From: Chrysomallon squamiferum
Taxonomy: Eukaryota > Animalia > Mollusca
DNA: 64,000 nucleotides
Direction: 5' to 3'
NCBI GenBank assembly: GCA_012295275.1
Contig: CM022676.1
Location: forward strand, 5,332,001-5,396,000
Positions 56,101 to 64,000 of the stretch are shown piece by piece; within the stretch, counting starts at the first letter, position 1, and every line of letters begins with the position of its first letter. The position numbers and the translations under genes were made by a program. A model generated the notes under the pieces. The model did not search any database. It had not been told where the DNA came from and saw only the letters and a program-made list of their open reading frames with translations.

Positions 56101-57380
56101 TGGTATTCACGCCAAAAGACAAATACATCTCTAGTGAATGTGGCTATCACAGTTTTAAAAAGTATACAGTTCTGAAGTATATTCCAGAATTTTTCGTAAC
56201 ACTGAAATGAACCTTAGGTTCTGATGTCATAAATGTTTATAGACTGAAAAGACAGCCCTGTTACAATATTCTGTAATTTCTGTAGTAACATTTGTGTATT
56301 TCAGCAGAATATTCTAGAATTTCAGCATGCACTTCTGTGTTCTACTGCTTTTCATAAATCTTTCAATATTTTTTTTGTGAATATTCTGCAATCTATTTAC
56401 CAGATTAGGATATATATTTACCAAAATTCAGTATTTATTACTCTTTTTTTAAAAATTACACTTCATTTTTTAATTTTATATTCCTGTATTCAAAAACGGA
56501 TTCATCATTTTTAGGAATACACACCCAAATTTAGTGTTTTATAGAAATTGGCAGTTAATTTCCAGGATTATTACCAAATTTCAAATTTTCAAATTCATTT
56601 TCAAATTATTACCAAATTTCAATTTTCTTAATTCATTTTCCAGAATATATTTCAGAACTGACAAAATATTTTTCAGAAATCGGCACCAGTTTTAAGAAAA
56701 CACAACAATTTAATCAGTATAAACCTGTAAAAATATTTCTTTTCAATCCTAGAAACAGCTGTATTTCACTTCATCTTTATTTACAGAACATAAATTATGG
56801 ACTGGTTGTAGAAAAATATATCTACAGTAAGGGCAAAGTATTCCAAGTACGAATTATTTTTAATGTGTGTGAATTTTTAAAAAAACAACTAATAATTAAT
56901 ATATTAGTAAAAGTGAAAAATTACATTTTTATTTTATGTGAATGATAATTAAAAAAAAAAAAAAAAATGAAAAAAAGCTAACAGTTATTTTATATATATT
57001 TAAAGTACTAAAAAAAAGTAAAATAAAATAAATAAAATAAAAAAATTAATCTTTTGATAAAAGTAAAACTAATTATGTTGAAATAACCAATTAATACAGA
57101 TAAAAAGTACATAAATATCTAAAATAGAAGTTAAGATGTGTCTACTTTTTTAAAACTAGTTTTTTTTTTTTTTTTTTCTGTATTTTAAAATATACAGTGG
57201 TAAAGTTAGTGTATATTTAGGTGGAAATAAAATCTTCCTTTGTAAATTTTAACATTATTTTGATTTGAAATTGATTTTTGAAAATAAAAAAAATCTGTAA
57301 AAGTAGCAGTATGAATCTTATATAAAATCTAATAATAATAGTAATAATAACAATAATAATAATTAGTAGTAATAATAAAA

Positions 57381-57430
<50 letters not shown>

Positions 57431-59361
57431 AGGAATAACAGCATTGTTAGTAACTATTTTCATGGATATAGGTGATAATAATATAAAACATTAAAAATAT
57501 AATTTTTAAACATTTTTTTTAAAGTGAAAATGCCCATCGGTGTAGTACTGTACAAATCTTTTAGTAATTTCACTCGCCAGTCTTGTTTATATTATTATAT
57601 AAACCAGTGTTTATATTATTATACAACAACATGCCATGAAATGTTTATCAATTCTGATAACAAACAAGTACACATTAACATACCTAAGTCTTAAAATATG
57701 AATAAAATGAAAATGAGACAACAATAATTTTTATTAAATGGCATTGTGTTAGGATAAAACTTGAAACATTTCAAGATAAAAACAAAAATAAATATGTATA
57801 CATATTTAAATGTTTTTGTTTTTATCTTAAAAATATGTGCATGTAATTATATTTTTATTTAAATAAGCTTAAATTTGTTAATTTTCTTGGTGTCAGGTTG
57901 CTGAACTTAATGATAATAATAATAATAAATAAATAAATAAATAAATAAATAAATAGTACTAATAACAATAGTAATAGTAAAAATAATATGTTAAATTAAT
58001 AACAAAAACAATAAGGTGAAACAAATATAATAACAAAAACTAGTAATAAATTTATTTTAACAATAAATGATAATAATAATATTAAATTAATAAATAACAA
58101 AAAAATGAAGTTTGAGAAGATTTAAATAAACCTCTTGTATGAGCCCTATTTAAATAACAACAGAATCCCAAAACAAAACAAAAAATCACAGAAAACAATA
58201 ATATATATACATACACACATTTTCTGCAATGCACAATGCCATTTTCAAATAAAAAATACTAATTTAAAAACACAGATCAAAATAGGTAAGACTTCTTTTT
58301 TTCTTTTCTTTTTTTTTTTGATGCGATTAAAACATCTCTTGTAAAATCAAACACATGAGACAAATGATACACACACACACATTTATATATATATATATAC
58401 ATTTAAAAACCTTCTTTATGAAAACAGCAGGAACATAAAAAAAAAAAGAAAGAGTGAAAGAAAAAAGACTGAACAGTGTTTTAAACCTTTTTCCCTGAGA
58501 CTCTTGCAGTTTGCAATCCTAGAGGTTTTAAGAGAGTGAGGCAATAACTGCACCAAAAGCTGTTGTAAAATTAATCTGTGATGTCATTTTAATTACAATG
58601 CAAAACAGAGATGAGAGAGAGAAAAATCCCTAAATATTTTAAATATATATCCATTTAAATAATTAATAATTAAATATTACTTGAAACAGAGATGAGTGAA
58701 AAATGGCTAATTATTTTAAAATTATTTCCATTTAAATAATTGAAAAAAAAAATTAAAAAAAATATATTTGCAGTACAAAAGTTAAAAAAAAAATTAAATC
58801 CCTGTAGTTAATTTAATTTGCAGTGCATCTGTCAAAGCTGAAATATATACATTAGAAAAAATCTGTAATTATATTAATAAAATAACAAGTCAATATTAAT
58901 AAAAAAATTAACAAGAAGAAAAAAAGCAGAGAAACAAATAAAATGAAGTAACTCTGTATTTCAGTCATTTATAAAGAAAAAAAAAATAAACTTCTCTTCA
59001 AAATCACACTTCTGCAAGTTGATCATTTTCTGGTTTGCTGTTAAACATTTACCTCAATATAAAAGTAACTAGCACCATCTTTTATTCTCATTAATGTGGA
59101 ATAACTCACAACGTTATTACAAAAAAATAATAATAATATCAAAACCACCATAATTGTTTTTTTTTTTTTTTTTTTTTTTTAAATTCTCTATGAAACAGTA
59201 AACTTTACACATTTTAACAATTTTATTATTATTCGTCTAATTTTAAAAAGGAAATGATAGATGTATCCTTTCATTTTTAAAATCAAAATTAAGAAAAAAA
59301 CAAACAAACCATAAATGAAAATAAAATTTCTAAATTGTGTAAGATATCTTATTTCATATAG

Positions 59362-59394
<33 letters not shown>

Positions 59395-60923
59395 CAATAA
59401 TAAAAACATATGACCTTGATGTCAAGGCCAACTATAAATGATATCAACATATTGAGTATGGAGACTCATTGTAACAAAAGTTTCAGTGTATTTTTAAAAA
59501 TACATTAGTTGGTTCTGAAACTGTTCAAACGAAAATATTTCAGATCATAGCATAAATAATAATAAAAAAAACAATAAATAAATATAATAAATTAAAAAAA
59601 ATCTCATGTTATTTATCTGCAACAGAATTAAAACTGAATAAGTTTACCATGTAATCAGATGAACAACCACAGAAAAGTTAACTTAAGAATATTAATCACT
59701 GTACGTCTAAAACTCACAAAGAGTAACAATGAAATTAAAAAACAACAATAACAACAAAAAAAAAAACCTCCTAACATTATCCCAGAAATGACTATTTAAA
59801 CTTTTACATTCAAATAAAGTAAGATGAACATAAAATACACGTTTGTATCTCATACCACAAATAAACACAAGTAGATTCACATAAACATACAAACATTATA
59901 TATATATATACTTTGATCAGAAATGTCTTTTTTTTTTCAATCCTTTCAAAATTATTATGCCTGAAAGTAATTAAAAAAAAAATAATAATAATAATAACAA
60001 AAAAATAAACAGTTCAGCCATCAGTGACAACCATTTTTAAAATTGTGCTTTCATAATTGCATTTTTTTAAAAACTGTTTAACAGTTTATCCAATCCTCCC
60101 AGACAAGGTCTGTCTGCCATATTGTTCAAAATCGTAAGAATTACATCCAATGATAAACAGAAAGAAAGTAAAGAAGAAACGATTACAAATTCAAGAAACC
60201 TTTGACCTTCACATTAACTTCAGTGTGCTTAGGCAATCTTTGACCTTGACCTTCTCTGCAATACATCATCAGGTGATCTTTGATTTTCACCTTGCTCAGA
60301 TGACATTTGATATTCAACATGAACATCAACACATTCCGTTAACCTTTAATCTTTTAACTCTTCATCCATGAAAAGTGAACTTTAATTTGTTTGCAATAAT
60401 TTCAGGAGACCTTTGACCTGTATCTGGATTATTAACAATTCAGATGACCTTTCACCCTATAATTAGTAAAATGTTAATTTAAACTGTAGAATTGGTCATT
60501 TATAAAAAAAAATAAAAAAATTTAAAATTAATACAAATTTACAGCAATGTAAATTAGGGTATATTTTTTCACATACTGAACTTGCTGTTTTTCTTGTGTG
60601 TATTGTTTTAACAAGTATGGAAATCAATCTACAGCAAAGTAATACAAATCATTCTGAAACCATTTTTAAAATAACTAACACTTCACGTCTCTCTTCAGGC
60701 TAAAGCACTTTTCTGTTTATAAAAACAAATTAAATAAATATTTAGATTTCTTTTCCTAAAATAGGGGGTTTTAACAACAATAACCCTAATAAGGTTCTCT
60801 CCCAAAACAGGAGGGATTAACAACTACAACCCTAAAATAGGAAACATGTAACGGCTACAACCCATAATTATTCGGCAGATTCTTTCCTAAAACAGGAGGG
60901 ATGTAACAACTACAAAACCGAAG

Positions 60924-62293
60924 TTACTGCGAACTCGGCATAGAATAACTCGTCTGTGAAAATGGCTGCCCAGAAGAGGCCGACGACGAGGTTGTTGCCC
61001 CTGACTGATAATTCTGGCCACCAGAGGTCACTGTTACCATCTGACCAGCAGATGAAGACTGTGTCGCTACTGACGACGGGCTGGAATAGGCTCCGCTTGT
61101 TGATGTGGGTTCGTTGTCGACTGACGTTGGAGTTGAAGGCGTTCCCTGGGAGTCTTTTACGGCCTGGTTCGACTGCGCCATCATCTTCTGGCGAACTTCT
61201 CGGATTTTCAGCTGGAGACAAACCTTGTTTGGAAAAATGTCAAAGTGTTTCGCCTGGAAAGCCACAGTGGCTTGAGCTGGAAAAAAAAGATAGCACAAAA
61301 ATAAGATCGTTATGGCTATCAAAATTTGGTCGACATAAATATATTAGAAATAAAGATTTCGTTGCTGAATACTGCTAAAATAACATTAAGATTATTAATA
61401 TAGTTTGTTACAGTTGTAATAATAGTAACAATTATAAAAAAAATCTGATAATAGCAATAATGAAAACTACAATAATGTAAATATTAATAACAAAAATTAA
61501 ATTAAAATAACATGCATTACATACGTGTTTTAATTTGAACAATTGAGAATGTTAAAAATTCAATTTAAATGACAATAATAATCAGGAATAAATAAATAAG
61601 AGTAACAACAAAAATAATGAAGAAATAATAAATATCATAGTTGTAGCTAATATAATAATAATAATAATAATAATAATATGTAATAATATGTAATAATATT
61701 AATATAATACTAATAATAATTGCAATAATATTTAAAATAGTGATAACAGTAACTCTAAATGATACTAAAAGAAAAAAAAGAAAATGAGAAAAGGGGTGTT
61801 AACAATCAAAACAATCGATATAAATGAAATAAATAAATAAATAAAATAAATAAATTTTAACCAAATAAAATAAATGAACATAAATAAATAAATACAATAA
61901 ATACAATAAATACAATAAATAAATAAATAAATAAATAAATAAAACAAACAAACAAGTAAACTCACAAACAAACAAACAAGTAAACTCACAAACAAGTAAA
62001 GAAACAAACAAACAACTGAACTCACTAGAAGGAAACAGCCCCTGCTCTTCAAACAGCTGAAGTACGAGTTGTCTCCTCTGATCGAGGATTCGGCGAGGTG
62101 AACACGGAGTCTTTGGTGTCCTTGGTGACTGCAACTCGTCAAAATCTTAAAACAGAATTTTTATTTTAAGGATTTAAAATTTTTGACTTTGACCAGAGCA
62201 AGAGTTGCTAATGCAAACTTGTTCTTTATATCCTGAATAACCGTGTTTAAAAAAAAAAGAAAAAAAGAATATAAATATAAAAATAAAATAAAT

Positions 62294-62332
<39 letters not shown>

Positions 62333-62481
62333 TAAATATATATAAAATAATGGAGGAAAAAAAAATGGTTCAGTATTTTTGGCATCAGTAATCATAACAA
62401 TAAAATAAGAATGAGTAATAATAATAATAATAATATCTTTAACAGAATAAATAATAATAGGGAAAGGTAAAAAAAACACTA

Positions 62482-62551
<70 letters not shown>

Positions 62552-63726
62552 CACATAACAGAATTAATAATAATAATCATAGTAAAAAAAAATAATGACA
62601 ACAATTTTTTTTTTAAATATTTAAATGATAATTTTCTCAGAGTATTTAAAATTCTCACCTTTTCTTGTCAGAACTGCAGGATCAATGTTGCCTGCCTCCA
62701 TGGCTTCCAGGCTGAAATTGCTTCCAAAAAACTTCGTGTCCTCAAATATTCCACTCTTCGGTGTCATTGGAGTCGGAGTTTCAGACTCGCTGGAAAATTT
62801 GTTTTCTCCATCAGTTGTATCTTTTACTGGAAATAAAATAAAATTAAAATTAATTAATAAATTAATAAGAAATAAAAAATTAAAATAAATATGCACACAC
62901 AGCCTATGCAAAGGTAATTACAAACACAAAGCCTACACAGTGGAAATACTTACGATTTACAAATGCAGTTACAAATACCTATTCTTTACAAAGGAAGTTA
63001 CAAACAGATATTCTTTAAAAAGGAAGTTACAAATAGATATCCTTTACAATGGCAGTTTCAAGTATCTATTCTTTACAAATGCAGTTACAAATACCTATTC
63101 TTTACAAAGGAAGTTACAGATACCTATACTTTACAATGGCAGATGCAAATATCTATCATTTACAAATACTGTTACAAATATCTATTCTTTACAAAGGAAG
63201 TTACAGATACCTATTCTTTACAATGGCAGTTACAACTACTTAACATTCACAAATGCAGTTACAAATACCTATTCTTTACAAAGGAAATTCCAAAGACCTA
63301 TCATTTTCAATGACAATTACAAAAACACTTATCATTTACAAATGCAGTTACAAATACCTATACTTTACAAAGGAAATTCCAAAAACGTATCATTTTCAAT
63401 GACAGTTACAAGCACTTATCATTTAGAAATGCAGTTACAAACACTTATCATTTACAAATTCAGCTAGAAACACATGTAACGTACAAAGGCAGTCACAAAT
63501 ATCTATCCTTTGCAAAGTCACCCAGACGTATCTATGAAATCAATTAAACAATGGACAAATAATCAAGACAGTTGAAGTACCTAGGTTTGATGTCTTCTTC
63601 TTTTTCTTGTAACCACTGATGATGGCCCGAGGACTCTGTGGAATTGGGGTTAAGGTTTCCGATTCTTCGGGTACAAACTGTGGAAGAGACTCAAACTTCT
63701 TCTCAAAGTTAACCTGCTCCAGAACC
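60924..63726 (-). CDS. CIC: Capicua (HMG-box transcriptional repressor), last four coding exons including the C1 domain; gene continues beyond the window end
   Basis: Exons 63581-63726 ([31 protein letters not shown]), 62659-62826 (FFGSNFSLE), 62026-62145 ([25 protein letters not shown]) and 60924-61276 ([32 protein letters not shown]). These are the diagnostic CIC C-terminal and C1 motifs. Confidence 0.93.
62955..63515. repeat. 27-bp / 54-bp minisatellite (ttacaaatacctattctttacaaaggaag) in a CIC intron
   Basis: About 20 units; generates the repetitive plus-strand ORFs at 62940-63467. Confidence 0.9.
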
Positions 63727-64000
63727 CTGTTAAGTACGAAAAAAATAAAATAAAATAAATAAATAAATATCATTGCTACTGCCACTGTTACTACAACTAA
63801 TAATAATGATTATGATGATGATGATGATGATGATGATACTACTACTACTACTACTACTAATAATAATAATAAATAAAGTTTTATAAAATGAAAGTAAAAA
63901 ATATATAAAAAATATAATTTTAATACTGAGAAGCCTTACTTTTTATTTTATTTTCAAATTCTGTCTCAGGTAAAAAAAAAAAAAAAAAAAAAAAATATTT

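Noticed and set aside
60910-61378. 103-aa minus and 140-aa plus ORFs overlapping the CIC last exon
   Set aside because: Shadow frames of a GC-richer Ser/Thr-rich exon, with no independent support.
62940-63467. Overlapping repetitive ORFs of 175, 116 and 64 aa
   Set aside because: Products of a 27-bp minisatellite inside a CIC intron, on the opposite strand, with no domain signal.

Overview
Eukaryotic (metazoan) genomic DNA: very AT-rich, rich in microsatellites, with spliceosomal introns. The AAT/GA repeat load and the gene set suggest an invertebrate, possibly a mollusc or cephalopod, but the taxon cannot be proven from sequence. I assembled six genes by hand from splice sites and reading-frame continuity. 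(1) A ~1000-aa, 22-exon receptor tyrosine kinase (minus, 1110-13169) with five Ig-like domains resembling L1/neuroglian and an FGFR/RET-like kinase with DLG in place of DFG. (2) A five-finger C2H2 zinc-finger gene (minus). (3) Nicastrin (plus, 19744-36531). (4) CKS1 (minus). (5) SDHC (plus). (6) The 3' end of capicua/CIC (minus, running off the window end). Two observations stand out. Nicastrin has two intact, homologous, equal-length terminal exons, each encoding a different transmembrane helix and cytoplasmic tail. Several nicastrin introns, and one SDHC intron, contain tandem arrays built from copies of their own splice junctions; intron 12 consists almost entirely of ~8 extra donor copies plus ~26 extra acceptor copies. 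Nicastrin exon 11 has an apparent 1-nt frameshift and SDHC exon 4 has a TG acceptor; both are most likely assembly errors. Almost all ORFs in the supplied track are microsatellite artefacts.
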